A stretch of 39,566 nt of DNA, taken from positions 1 through 39,566 of IMG/VR virus record IMGVR_UViG_3300032221_000405. One strand, 5' to 3'. A model generated the notes under the pieces. That model ran no database searches and was not told where the DNA came from. It saw only the letters and a program-made list of their open reading frames with translations. The DNA comes from a virus (taxonomy: Duplodnaviria > Caudoviricetes). The translations under genes and the position numbers were made by a program. This document shows, piece after piece, positions 8,757-17,696 of the stretch (its first letter is position 1; the number at the start of each line of letters is the position of its first letter).

Positions 8757-9251
8757 ATGTGTTTTACACGCGCAAAATTCAGTGTGTGTCCCGTCCATAA
8801 GGCCGTGCTCGATACTGCACGCAGGCACTTAAAAGGAACTGGATGTTTTTCCAAAGAGGAGGTCATCACAGAGACCAATATGGCCGGGGTCGAGAATGCA
8901 ATTCGTTGGGATTATATCCGCGAGTTCTTATCGACCGAGCTGGGGCCGTTGGTCCCGGTTGTTTCTCGTTTCTTTAAAACACGCCCGGGATACAGCCACG
9001 CGTTAAACCCTGAGAAGTTTGTCGCGCAAGGATACGGTAAAAAGACTGCGGGGTTCGCTTTGGTTCGCGACGAGACCGTTGAGCTTGCAACATCCTATCT
9101 TATTAATCGCGTTGTAGTGGCCGATAAGACGGTAGTTGCTGCGGACCAGCTGAAAGGGGAGTTCAAGGCCGTGGGGGTATTGATTGACGGAACATCCCCA
9201 GCCCAAGCCCTTACAGCCGGAGCCGGGGAGTCTATCGAGGGTATTTTCTAA
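8757..9251 (+). CDS. Hypothetical protein, partner of the ParB-like gene
   Basis: AAGGAGG RBS; ATG 4 nt after the ParB stop; 164 aa with no family recognised. Confidence 0.7.
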   Translation: MCFTRAKFSVCPVHKAVLDTARRHLKGTGCFSKEEVITETNMAGVENAIRWDYIREFLSTELGPLVPVVSRFFKTRPGYSHALNPEKFVAQGYGKKTAGFALVRDETVELATSYLINRVVVADKTVVAADQLKGEFKAVGVLIDGTSPAQALTAGAGESIEGIF

Positions 9252-9270
9252 TCGACTGACAAAGCCAACG

Positions 9271-9296
9271 AAGAGGGCGGCTGCAACCGCCCTTTT
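9271..9296 (+). terminator. Probable intrinsic terminator
   Basis: AGGGCGG-CTGCAA-CCGCCCT followed by a short T run. Confidence 0.5.
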
Positions 9297-9343
9297 CAAA
9301 TCATCAGCGCCGGGGAGCCTATCCCCGAGGAGAATCATTCACA

Positions 9344-9580
9344 ATGAAAAAATATCACATCGTCCGGAGTTATGTGGCGAGCGTATCGGAACACTATGAT
9401 ATTGTTGCGACTTCTTACGACGACGCCCTGAGAAAAATTGTTGTTGACGGCGTTCCGTCAACCGACACCATCATTTTTGAGCCCATGGAGGGGAGCGTAG
9501 AGATTGATTTGCTCGGAGAAATGCGGGCGCTACCCGAGGAGCGAGAGACCACCGACGTGGTCGTCCGACTCGTCCACTAA
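9344..9580 (+). CDS. Hypothetical acidic protein (78 aa)
   Basis: GAGGAG RBS, ATG start, ends at a terminator. Confidence 0.7.
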   Translation: MKKYHIVRSYVASVSEHYDIVATSYDDALRKIVVDGVPSTDTIIFEPMEGSVEIDLLGEMRALPEERETTDVVVRLVH

Positions 9581-9584
9581 AACG

Positions 9585-9611
9585 AAGGGCCCCAAACGGG
9601 GCCCTTTTTTT
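9585..9611 (+). terminator. Intrinsic terminator between convergent genes
   Basis: AAGGGCCCC-AAAC-GGGGCCCTT followed by a T run. Confidence 0.85.
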
Positions 9612-10629
9612 ATGCGAAGCGCTTGTTGATTGCGTCCAGTGTCGCTTCCGGCAACTCAGACAAATAATGAGACAAGACGACGTCTATTGTGTCACCCAAT
9701 ATCGCAGCAACCTGCGCAGGGGATACGCCCGCCTGGAGAGACAACGTCGCCATGGTTCTGCGCATGTCATGCGGGCTAATTTTATATGGCGTCGTGACAA
9801 CCCAGCGTTCCCAGCTCTTACGAATGGCGCCTGGATTATCGAGCACGTATTCATTGACGCGCTGGTCATAAGCGCGTTGCAAAATTGGAAGAAGGCGCGA
9901 GCTGATAGGAACAATTGCGCGTCTCTTATTGCTCAACGTGCGACCTTCTTCGCGGAAGTTAATGACGCCAGCAACAAGGTCAACTTGCTGCCAGGTAAGC
10001 GTCTCAATGGCCTCTTTACGGGCACCGGTGCAAAGGCCAATTGCAACAAATAAAGATAGTCTCTTTAAGCGCTCGCAGCCATTCGAGAGAGCCATTGCGC
10101 GAGCGTGAAAGTCAGCCTCCTCATTCTTCTTCAAATAATTTCGGCGCGGCTGGCTGGGCTTTGGTAAGTCAATCGTTGGGGATGAGTCTTTTGCAATAAT
10201 TTTATGTTTCTCGGCGTATGAAAGAATGGCGCGCAGCGCTCCGAGCTCGCGTCTCAATGTGCCCGACGATTGCGCACGGTCCCGACGATATTTCTGCAGA
10301 CGTTCGGGCGTGAGGTCAGCAACATGATACGCGCCGAGCTCTCGTTTCAGATGCTCGACGCATACTCGTTGCGTCGCGCCTTTATTTTCTGACTCCAAAA
10401 ATAACGAGTAGCGCGAGCATAAATCCGCAACGGTCGGTGTAGATAGCGCCGTGACGGCTTGCTCTACCTGGAGGCGCCAATTTACGAAGAACGCTTCGGC
10501 CTCATCGCGGCAATTCGTCCGCGTAGAGAGAACTCGGCTTCGGTAGCCTCCGTCCTTTTTCTCTGAATATCTGATTTCAAATATTCCGGAAGCAGACTCG
10601 ATAAGTCTCGGGTTTTTGACGTCGGCCAT
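9610..10629 (-). CDS. int: Tyrosine integrase
   Basis: TGAR (catalytic R), HDMRRT (HxxR), LGD...VVLSHY (catalytic Y), N-terminal arm-binding-like segment. Confidence 0.93.
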   Translation of the reverse strand: MADVKNPRLIESASGIFEIRYSEKKDGGYRSRVLSTRTNCRDEAEAFFVNWRLQVEQAVTALSTPTVADLCSRYSLFLESENKGATQRVCVEHLKRELGAYHVADLTPERLQKYRRDRAQSSGTLRRELGALRAILSYAEKHKIIAKDSSPTIDLPKPSQPRRNYLKKNEEADFHARAMALSNGCERLKRLSLFVAIGLCTGARKEAIETLTWQQVDLVAGVINFREEGRTLSNKRRAIVPISSRLLPILQRAYDQRVNEYVLDNPGAIRKSWERWVVTTPYKISPHDMRRTMATLSLQAGVSPAQVAAILGDTIDVVLSHYLSELPEATLDAINKRFA

Positions 10630-10796
10630 GATGTTACGCTCTCTTCTTCAATATATTTCAGCAGGTCTTCTAATTTAATTCTTATTGGGCGCCCGCGGAT
10701 GTATGGGAGGCGGCCTGCGGCTCTTAATCTCTGAACAGTCTTTTGACTGACTTTGAGGAGCTCCGCGGCCTCTTTCTCCGTAACGAGCTGTATCAC
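10482..10796 (-). CDS. xis: Excisionase-type HTH protein
   Basis: LVTEKEAAELLKVSQKTVQRLRAAGRLPY...IRIKLEDL; directly upstream of and overlapping int. Confidence 0.8.
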   Translation of the reverse strand: MIQLVTEKEAAELLKVSQKTVQRLRAAGRLPYIRGRPIRIKLEDLLKYIEEESVTSWPTSKTRDLSSLLPEYLKSDIQRKRTEATEAEFSLRGRIAAMRPKRSS

Positions 10797-11248
10797 TCCT
10801 CGCCCTCAATGAGCGCGAGGACCCTGACGGCGACGGACATTGGAACAAGCTGGTTAATTCTGAGCAGACACTTATCCCGGTGGCCGGCAACCATTTTAAG
10901 CTCTAGCGCCGGGCTCTCGTTCTCAACGGCTGCGGCGGTAAGATTAGGTGCCAGGTCCGCGGCGTCCATGTCGAGCGCTTTGGCAATTTTCGTCAGCGTG
11001 CGCGGCTCGGGCATAGCTTTTTTATTGATGTAACTGCTTATCCTATCCCGCGACCCCCATTGTTTGAATCCACGAGAATCAACTTTAAAGGTCCCATCTA
11101 TTGCGCGGGCGAGGTCGCTTTGGCTCCAGCCCTTCTTCAACAATGCGTAATGTAATCTTTTTGAAAATTCTTCCATTCTGTCAACGACGATAGGGGTCCC
11201 GCTATCGCCTGGTCCGAGACGGCGGCGTATGTTGCGTGACATTTTCAC
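10793..11248 (-). CDS. XRE-family repressor (CI-like)
   Basis: FSKRLHYALLKKGWSQSDLARA...ISSYINKKAMPEPRTLTKIAKAL; divergent from a cro-like gene; no S24 peptidase domain. Confidence 0.85.
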   Translation of the reverse strand: MKMSRNIRRRLGPGDSGTPIVVDRMEEFSKRLHYALLKKGWSQSDLARAIDGTFKVDSRGFKQWGSRDRISSYINKKAMPEPRTLTKIAKALDMDAADLAPNLTAAAVENESPALELKMVAGHRDKCLLRINQLVPMSVAVRVLALIEGEE

Positions 11249-11300
11249 ATCCTTGGTTAATAGCGTGGGTGCGGTAATCGTCGGCCCTTGTCGCTATAAT

Positions 11301-11377
11301 GTGACTATTAGTCTCAACTAATCCACAAAGCAAGCAAATTAGTCACACAAGGGGGCTTGTCGGTGACTATTTGTTAG
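11301..11377. promoter_or_regulatory. Immunity switch: three operator sites between cI and cro
   Basis: GTGACTATTAGTCTC (11301-11315), AAGCAAATTAGTCAC (11332-11346), GTGACTATTTGTTAG (11363-11377). Confidence 0.75.
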
Positions 11378-11423
11378 TTTTATAGGTATAGAAACCTGAG
11401 TCGGACATAACGAGAGCTAACGA

Positions 11424-11666
11424 ATGCAGCCCCGAAAAGTAAATTACGAAGACCCCCAGTTTCGCTTCTCATGGCTCATAGAGCAGATGGGTGGTCCGTC
11501 TGGGGTCTGTAATCGCCTCTCAGCCATGGGCTATGAGCCCCCACCGATGATGAACGTCCGCCAGTGGAAGGCGCGCAACAAGGTCCCCGGGGCCTGGGCC
11601 GCGGCGCTCATTCAATACGCGTTAGAGAGCGGCCTTGTGGGCTCCATTGAGGAGCTGCGCTCTTGA
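11424..11666 (+). CDS. Cro-like HTH protein
   Basis: LIEQMGGPSGVCNRL...NVRQWKARNKVPGAW; first gene divergent from the repressor. Confidence 0.75.
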   Translation: MQPRKVNYEDPQFRFSWLIEQMGGPSGVCNRLSAMGYEPPPMMNVRQWKARNKVPGAWAAALIQYALESGLVGSIEELRS

Positions 11667-12145
11667 ATATCATCGGCATTGACCCCGGTCTTACCGGCGC
11701 CATTGGCGTGCTCGGTCCTGACCGCCAGGTGACGCTGCTCGACATGCCGGTGCTCAACGGCGCCGTTGCCGCTCGCGAACTGTTCGGCGTGCTTCAAGGA
11801 TTCAAGCCGTGCGTCGCTGTCGTTGAGAGACAGAGCGCCCGCCCAGGCCAAGGGGTCACAAGCACCTTCACGCACGGCGGGACCTATCACGCAATCCTGG
11901 CGGTCCTGGCATGCGCCGGCATTGAGACCCATGTCGTTGCGCCGACGAAATGGAAAGCAGCCCTCGGCCTGCCGGGCGGCGCGGAGAACAAAGAGAAGTC
12001 ACGCGAGCTGGCGCTTCGCCTATTCCCCGAGACCAACGGGCTAAACCGAAAAAAGGACCACAACCGTGCAGAATCCATCCTCATTTCAGAATGGTTCTCC
12101 CGCCAACGCTATGTCGCCCCGCCCTTACCAATTACAGGTGATTAA
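11663..12145 (+). CDS. Phage RuvC-like Holliday junction resolvase
   Basis: IIGIDPGLTGAI, VVE, PTKWK, and DHNRAESILI acidic motifs. Confidence 0.85.
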   Translation: MNIIGIDPGLTGAIGVLGPDRQVTLLDMPVLNGAVAARELFGVLQGFKPCVAVVERQSARPGQGVTSTFTHGGTYHAILAVLACAGIETHVVAPTKWKAALGLPGGAENKEKSRELALRLFPETNGLNRKKDHNRAESILISEWFSRQRYVAPPLPITGD

Positions 12146-13448
12146 GAAACTTGCGAGCGGGGCGTGTTCGTATGCTGCGCTTCAGCAAGGTTTAGGAAAA
12201 ACTTTTGTAGCAATCAAAGTCGCAGAAGAGATTAATGCGCGCCGAGTGCTCGTCGTTTGCCCAATGTCTGTTAAGTCCGTATGGCATCGCGAGATACATC
12301 GCGCCACGCGCACGCGGCAGTGGGTAACGATTCCGGAGAAGCCGGAGTCATTCGATTCTGGTAATCGCAAATTCCGCAATTGGGTCATTGTAAATTACGA
12401 CAAGTTGAGCAGGACAGGCGAATACCTGACCGCTCTGCTATCGCAAGAGTGGGACCTGGTAATTTGCGACGAGGCGCATTTTTTAAAGTCACCCGTCTCA
12501 ACGCGCTCGCGCACGGTGTTCTATTACATCCTGCCTAAGACAAAGCGCATGATTATGTTGAGCGGCACGCCATGCCCTAATCATCTTGGTGAAGCGTATG
12601 GGTTCTTGAAGCACATGCACCCCGCCGCCATTACGAAACGCAATGGCGCTGTGATGACGCAATACGAATATGAAAATGCGTTTTGCCGCATCGAGAATGT
12701 TCGATTAGGCGCCAAGACTGTGCGCGTCATCAAGGGTTCTAAGAACCAGGCGCTATGGAAAGAGCGCGTCGGCGAGTTCATGGAAGTTCTCGACAAGGCA
12801 ACGTGCTTGCCGGAGCTCCCCCCTATTCAGTGGGACACTTTGCCGGTGCGCCCATCGAGAGAGGCGTTCAAGGAGCTCAATAAATATTCTCATATTATTC
12901 CGCCGGATTTGCCAGAAGACCAACTGCTTGCGTTTTTGCGTAACGGCGACGAGCATCTTTCCCGTATGCTGGCGCTTCTTGGAATCGCAAAAGCCCGCGC
13001 CGTCATTGAGTGGGTTACGGACTTCCTGTTCGAGAACGACCGCAAGATTGTCTTGTGGTTTATGAACCACGCCGTTGGCGACGCATTAATGAGCGGCCTC
13101 AGTGATTTTAACCCGGCAATGATTGACGGCCGTAAGAGCAGCAAAGAACGCGACGACGCGGTTGAGAAGTTTTTGACTGACCCGACTTGCAGAGTCTGGG
13201 TTGGACAAATTCAAGCCTGCGGGACAGGGCTCACATTGCTTACCGATACCGTAAAGCCCAGCGACGTTGTGTTCGTGCAGAGTTCTCATTGCCCGGGAGA
13301 TAACGCGCAGGCCGCAGCCCGCGTGCATCGCATAGGCCAAAACAATGCAGTCATTGTGCGCGTTGCTGTTGCAGACGGCATTGCGCTTGATGAACGCGTT
13401 CAATCAATCATCGCAACCAAATCAGCAGAACTACAGGAGATTTTCTAA
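12111..13448 (+). CDS. SNF2-like superfamily 2 helicase
   Basis: PRPYQ Q-motif, QGLGKT, CDEAH, LSGTP, QAAARVHRIGQ. Likely ATG at 12111. Confidence 0.9.
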   Translation: MSPRPYQLQVIKKLASGACSYAALQQGLGKTFVAIKVAEEINARRVLVVCPMSVKSVWHREIHRATRTRQWVTIPEKPESFDSGNRKFRNWVIVNYDKLSRTGEYLTALLSQEWDLVICDEAHFLKSPVSTRSRTVFYYILPKTKRMIMLSGTPCPNHLGEAYGFLKHMHPAAITKRNGAVMTQYEYENAFCRIENVRLGAKTVRVIKGSKNQALWKERVGEFMEVLDKATCLPELPPIQWDTLPVRPSREAFKELNKYSHIIPPDLPEDQLLAFLRNGDEHLSRMLALLGIAKARAVIEWVTDFLFENDRKIVLWFMNHAVGDALMSGLSDFNPAMIDGRKSSKERDDAVEKFLTDPTCRVWVGQIQACGTGLTLLTDTVKPSDVVFVQSSHCPGDNAQAAARVHRIGQNNAVIVRVAVADGIALDERVQSIIATKSAELQEIF

Positions 13449-13954
13449 TGGCGAATATCGAAATTAAAATTCTCGGCGCTAACCGCCGTGACCTTGAATT
13501 GGCGCTTGCAGAACTCGCGGACACATTCAAAGAGCACCCGTCTCTCGATGACATTGGTCTTGATGAGCTCATCAAATACACAACTATTCGCTGCGAGCAG
13601 CAGCAGTTGAAGTTGAGCGTTGCCGGAATGGACGACGCCGTAATGATTGACGAGGCGGTCGTTAATATCCCCGAAAAGAAGTCACGCCGCGCAAAGTCGT
13701 TAGCTTTACCGGTTGCGGAAACTAACGAGTTAGGAGATAACGACTACGAGGTTCCGCCCGTCGAAGAGACTCCGGAGCAAGTAAAAGAGGCGGCGATTGT
13801 GCGGTTGAAGAAGATTTACTTCGAGAACCCACGCGGCGCCACAGTCATTGACCGCATCATTAAGAAGCACGGCGGTGGGGAGACGTTGTTCATGAAAATC
13901 CCCGCTGAACGCTACCCCAACATCGTTGCGGAGCTTGACCGTGAAGGACTCTGA
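13448..13954 (+). CDS. Hypothetical acidic replication-module protein
   Basis: TAATG coupling with the helicase gene and a GGAG RBS. Confidence 0.7.
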   Translation: MANIEIKILGANRRDLELALAELADTFKEHPSLDDIGLDELIKYTTIRCEQQQLKLSVAGMDDAVMIDEAVVNIPEKKSRRAKSLALPVAETNELGDNDYEVPPVEETPEQVKEAAIVRLKKIYFENPRGATVIDRIIKKHGGGETLFMKIPAERYPNIVAELDREGL

Positions 13955-14000
13955 CGCCCAGCGGCGCAGACGAGAACCTCGACCCAAAGGTCTCACCATA

Positions 14001-14144
14001 ATGCTTGACGAGTTTCAGATTGAGGGCGTCACGAAAATGATTTCCGCCAACACAGGTATCGACTGCGTTGAAGAGAAATTAGGGCGCCGCTTAATCCCGA
14101 TGACTCTCCCACGCGTGCGGTGGCTGGAACAAGACGAGGTTTGA
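14001..14144 (+). CDS. Small hypothetical protein
   Basis: MLDEFQIEG...TLPRVRWLEQDEV; co-oriented with the operon. Confidence 0.45.
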   Translation: MLDEFQIEGVTKMISANTGIDCVEEKLGRRLIPMTLPRVRWLEQDEV

Positions 14145-14145
14145 A

Positions 14146-14310
14146 ATGGACGCAAAATTGATTGGCGAAATGCTCAACTTCACGCCCGAGCCGCCGAAGA
14201 CACCACCGGCTCACACCGACGAAGTAACGGCGCATTACCTACAAAAAATCCAACAAGACGCAGAGAGTGCAAAATGGCTGCTGATAAATCCGGAACAATT
14301 AAAGCGGTAA
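14146..14310 (+). CDS. Small hypothetical protein (54 aa)
   Basis: GAGG RBS; ATG 1 nt after the preceding stop; not in the ORF track. Confidence 0.35.
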   Translation: MDAKLIGEMLNFTPEPPKTPPAHTDEVTAHYLQKIQQDAESAKWLLINPEQLKR

Positions 14311-15455
14311 AGAAACTACGGCCCTCTGGCTCATCGAGCTGGTTGAACTGTAGCGCTTCCGCGACATTAACCGTTGGCATGGATAGCCCAGGTGGCGAAG
14401 CCGCAATAAACGGCACCGCTATTCACGCGCTTTCAGAGCTGCGTCATCGCGGTCATCCGATACCGCCGTCAATAATGGTCGATGACCACGTTGTTAATAT
14501 CACGGACGAGATGGTTGAGATAAGCGATGAGTATTTACGCTTCATCGACTTGATTAAATTCGACAGCGATATTTTTGAAGTCGAAGATAAGTTGTCTCTC
14601 GCCTGGTATTACGACCCAGAGCCAATGCGCGTTCTTGTCGACGGCACAACCGACTGCTGGTCATACAACAGCGAAAGACAAGAGCTCACAATCATTGATT
14701 TAAAAACGGGCGTTAACCCGGTTTATCCGGACGGCCCGCAAAACATGCTTTACGCGCTCATGGCAGTTGGCAAACTTGGCGGCGATATGCCGAAGACAAT
14801 CCGCCTCTGCATCGTGCAGCCACGCCTGCCGGAGAAGATAAAAACATGCACAATTACATTGGCGGAATTGATGGCCTTCGCGAAGAAAGTGGACGACGCC
14901 ATAAATTTAATTGGTCGCGGCGATACAACGGAAAATCCCGGGGCCGAGCAATGCAAGTGGTGCCTCCGTGCGGGGTTTTGCGAAAGCCGCTACGACCGCA
15001 GCCTTACGTTAGCCCAAGCATCGTTCGACGATGGAGTCCCTTCACCAACTGGTTTTAGCAGCGACCAGCTCGGTGCAATTCTCGATAAGGCAGAAGAAGT
15101 CGAAGCGTGGATTCGTGCGGTCCGCGGAGAAGTCTCACGCCGCATTGATAATGGCGAAGATGTCGTCGGCTGGAAAATGGTCGCCAAGCGCGCAATGCGC
15201 CGTTGGCAGGACCCAGAAGCTGCACGCCAGGCGCTTACAAGCGGCGATTTTGAGGACCTCCTTGTTGATGAAGTCTTCACACCGCCAGAACTGAAATCTC
15301 CAGCGCAGATTGAGAAAGCGCTCAAAAGAATTGGTGTCGACGCGAAAGTGCTCGAACCTCTCATCTCTCGCGAGTCTAGTGGCAACACGCTCGTAAGAGA
15401 AAGCGACCAGCGGCCTAAAGTATTGAGTTCCGCTGCGTCGTTCTTCAACGACTAA
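14274..15455 (+). CDS. DUF2800 family Cas4-like PD-(D/E)xK nuclease
   Basis: PSGSSSWLNC, GTAIH, GTTD, IIDLKTG, QNMLYA, and CKWC...C cysteine cluster. Confidence 0.88.
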   Translation: MAADKSGTIKAVKKLRPSGSSSWLNCSASATLTVGMDSPGGEAAINGTAIHALSELRHRGHPIPPSIMVDDHVVNITDEMVEISDEYLRFIDLIKFDSDIFEVEDKLSLAWYYDPEPMRVLVDGTTDCWSYNSERQELTIIDLKTGVNPVYPDGPQNMLYALMAVGKLGGDMPKTIRLCIVQPRLPEKIKTCTITLAELMAFAKKVDDAINLIGRGDTTENPGAEQCKWCLRAGFCESRYDRSLTLAQASFDDGVPSPTGFSSDQLGAILDKAEEVEAWIRAVRGEVSRRIDNGEDVVGWKMVAKRAMRRWQDPEAARQALTSGDFEDLLVDEVFTPPELKSPAQIEKALKRIGVDAKVLEPLISRESSGNTLVRESDQRPKVLSSAASFFND

Positions 15456-15481
15456 CTTCAACGACTAAAAGGACTTATATA

Positions 15482-16024
15482 ATGGCAAAACAATATAAGA
15501 CGCCCTGGGGCATTCTCTCGTTCAACAATCTATTTGTTCCGCAGCCGAAGGGCGGCGTTGCGGGCGCGAAAGAAGTTTTCAGCGGGAATTTGATATTCGA
15601 CGCTGCTGCGCAAAGCACGCAGGATTATAAAGATATTGAGGCCGAAGTGCTTCGCCTCATCGAGGAGCTCGTAAAGTCGAAAGTTCCGCGCTCCAAGATT
15701 CGTAACCCGCTTAAAGACGCGGGCGAAAAATCTTACGCTGGTTATGGCGAGGGAAAGATTTTTATCTCCCCATCGTCAAACTTTAAGCCTGCGGTTATTG
15801 ACGCGCAGCGCAGTCCTATCATCGACACGAACGACGTGTGGGCCGGCCAACGCGCACGCTTCAACATCAATATTTATTCTTACAACAACGCGTCGGCTGG
15901 CGTTGGTCTTAGCCTCAACGGCGCGCAGGTTGACACTGACCAGGCGCAAGAGCGTCTTGACGGTCGCTCAACGGACGCCGCGTCAATGTTCAGCGACGAC
16001 AAAGTCGACCCGTTCGCCGCGTAA
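15482..16024 (+). CDS. DUF2815 family ssDNA-binding protein
   Basis: LSFNNLFVP, PLKDAGEK, GVGLSLNGAQ, ERLDGR and an acidic tail; follows DUF2800. Confidence 0.85.
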   Translation: MAKQYKTPWGILSFNNLFVPQPKGGVAGAKEVFSGNLIFDAAAQSTQDYKDIEAEVLRLIEELVKSKVPRSKIRNPLKDAGEKSYAGYGEGKIFISPSSNFKPAVIDAQRSPIIDTNDVWAGQRARFNINIYSYNNASAGVGLSLNGAQVDTDQAQERLDGRSTDAASMFSDDKVDPFAA

Positions 16025-16091
16025 ATTCCCCCATTAACTACGGGCGCCTGCGGGCGCTCGTTAGCTTTAACGAAATCAAGGACCGACGAAT

Positions 16092-16529
16092 ATGAAAAAT
16101 CCAAGTGAATTGCTTTATTCTGCTGCAGAAATCATCAACGAACGTGCAACAACCTACGGCAACTTCGAACAGAATTTGCAGCTGACCGCCGACATTGCGT
16201 CGTTGCGTTTAGGCCGCGACATCCACCCGTATGAAGTTTGCGTCGTCCTTACGAGTTTGAAGAATGCACGTTCATTCTCTGACCCGCAGAATGTGGACTC
16301 GCATATTGACGGCGTAAATTACGAATTGTTCGCGACAGCTTTTGCCAATGATTACGTGAACAGCAAAGCAGGCGGAAACGCCGACATCAGCTTCAAGAAA
16401 AAATCAGAGCTCACTGTCGCAAAGATGGAACCCCTGCAGGCCACGCAGCCCTCTCGTCAGCGCCAGCCACTCGCCGTTCAAGACGCAATTCAGAACGCGT
16501 TAGGTAAGCTCGATGCTGACGCGGAGTGA
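16092..16529 (+). CDS. DUF6378-like protein
   Basis: AAEIINERATTYG...LKNAR...DSHIDGVNY pattern. Confidence 0.7.
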   Translation: MKNPSELLYSAAEIINERATTYGNFEQNLQLTADIASLRLGRDIHPYEVCVVLTSLKNARSFSDPQNVDSHIDGVNYELFATAFANDYVNSKAGGNADISFKKKSELTVAKMEPLQATQPSRQRQPLAVQDAIQNALGKLDADAE

Positions 16530-17109
16530 TGTCGTCCCGCTTGGAGCAGCAACATATGAAAGACTTCCGCTCGACAAATACTTCACTGTTGACCCGGTGT
16601 GTCTTGCAGCTCTACTCGATACCGGCGTCCTTAATGGGGCGTCGCGTATCATCGAACCGGCGGCGGGTATTGGACATCTTGTCGAAGGTCTTCGCGGTGT
16701 TGGTTACACTGTTGAAGCGCAAGACATCGTTGCCCATCCCGACCCGATTGTTGATGACATCATCGCACCGCGAAGCATTACGGAGATTGACTCACTCGCA
16801 GGATTTGATGCGGTGGTAACAAACCTTCCGTATGACACGCAGGACGTGTTGTTGAAGCATTTATTGCCGATTGCGCACCGCGATGGCGCCATGGTCTGCA
16901 CGCTAACACGCGCAGCGTGGCACATGGCAAAAGCACGCCGGAAGCTCGTTCACGAAGACCCATACTTCCTCGGCGTTGCGCACCTACCGCGGCGCCCATG
17001 GTGGTCTGAAAACAGAGTCGCATCCCCACGTTTCGAGTTTGTATGGAACATATGGGGCGCGGAGAAAAGACAAGGAGAACGCCCCGTAATTTTTTACCCG
17101 AGGTCGTGA
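16513..17109 (+). CDS. Phage amino (N6A/N4C) DNA methyltransferase
   Basis: Motif X DKYFT, motif I IIEPAAGIG, motif IV VVTNLPY. Confidence 0.75.
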   Translation: MLTRSDVVPLGAATYERLPLDKYFTVDPVCLAALLDTGVLNGASRIIEPAAGIGHLVEGLRGVGYTVEAQDIVAHPDPIVDDIIAPRSITEIDSLAGFDAVVTNLPYDTQDVLLKHLLPIAHRDGAMVCTLTRAAWHMAKARRKLVHEDPYFLGVAHLPRRPWWSENRVASPRFEFVWNIWGAEKRQGERPVIFYPRS

Positions 17110-17111
17110 CG

Positions 17112-17342
17112 ATGTATGTGATGCTCATAATTTACATCACTGCGTCTGCAAGTCACACGACGGTGAATTTTCACGAAGCGTTCGATTCAATGAAGGAATG
17201 CCAGGCCCGCTTCAACTCATGGAAGGTTGCGTTGAGTTCGCAATTCATAAGCGGCGCCTGTTACTACAGAGGAAAACAAAATGGCGACCATACGAAACCG
17301 AACCCATTCATTCAAAGACCCGGCGCATTTAACGGCTTATGA
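17112..17342 (+). CDS. Small hypothetical protein with hydrophobic N-terminus and two Cys
   Basis: MYVMLIIYIT...FDSMKEC...GAC; GAGG RBS. Confidence 0.55.
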   Translation: MYVMLIIYITASASHTTVNFHEAFDSMKECQARFNSWKVALSSQFISGACYYRGKQNGDHTKPNPFIQRPGAFNGL

Positions 17343-17481
17343 AGCGAAGCTGGTGGAGATGCGTGAATCTGGAATGTCTTATGCGCAGATGTCGCAGCAT
17401 TTGAAGCTGACCGTTAAAACTGTCACTGCTCGCTACAAAATTATCAGAGAAAAATTAGAACTGCAGAGGCTCGCGTGTTGA
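17281..17481 (+). CDS. LuxR/sigma4-like HTH protein
   Basis: LTAYEAKLVEMRESGMSYAQMSQHLKLTVKTV; GAGG RBS. Confidence 0.7.
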   Translation: MATIRNRTHSFKDPAHLTAYEAKLVEMRESGMSYAQMSQHLKLTVKTVTARYKIIREKLELQRLAC

Positions 17482-17615
17482 TAGCCGTCGTGCTCGCAAT
17501 GATGCTGGCGCAGTTTCTAATTTGCGCGGCATTTGCAGAGACGTGGAGCAGCGCGCTCCTCTATTCAATGAGCATCTGCTTAATCGCGTTGGTTGCGAGC
17601 TATGTGACCCTCTAA
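17475..17615 (+). CDS. 46-aa two-TM membrane protein
   Basis: MLIAVVLAMMLAQFLICAAFAETWSSALLYSMSICLIALVASYVTL; GAGG RBS; not in the ORF track. Confidence 0.5.
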   Translation: MLIAVVLAMMLAQFLICAAFAETWSSALLYSMSICLIALVASYVTL

Positions 17616-17654
17616 TCCTCCCGAGGTGGCCTAAACCTCACCACCTCCCACTTG

Positions 17655-17689
17655 CCCGCCAGGACCCCCCCCCACCTGGCGGGTTTTTT
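17655..17689 (+). terminator. Intrinsic terminator ending the early rightward operon
   Basis: CCCGCCAGG stem, C-rich loop, CCTGGCGGG, then TTTTTT. Confidence 0.85.
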
Positions 17690-17696
17690 ATTAGGC

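Noticed and set aside
12332-12347. TCCGGAGAAGCCGGA as a third parS-like site
   Set aside because: Different spacing, imperfect arm, and explained by Pro-Glu-Lys-Pro-Glu codons.
14274-15455. CRISPR-Cas because of the Cas4-like nuclease
   Set aside because: No array and no other cas genes; DUF2800 with DUF2815 is a standard phage replication module.
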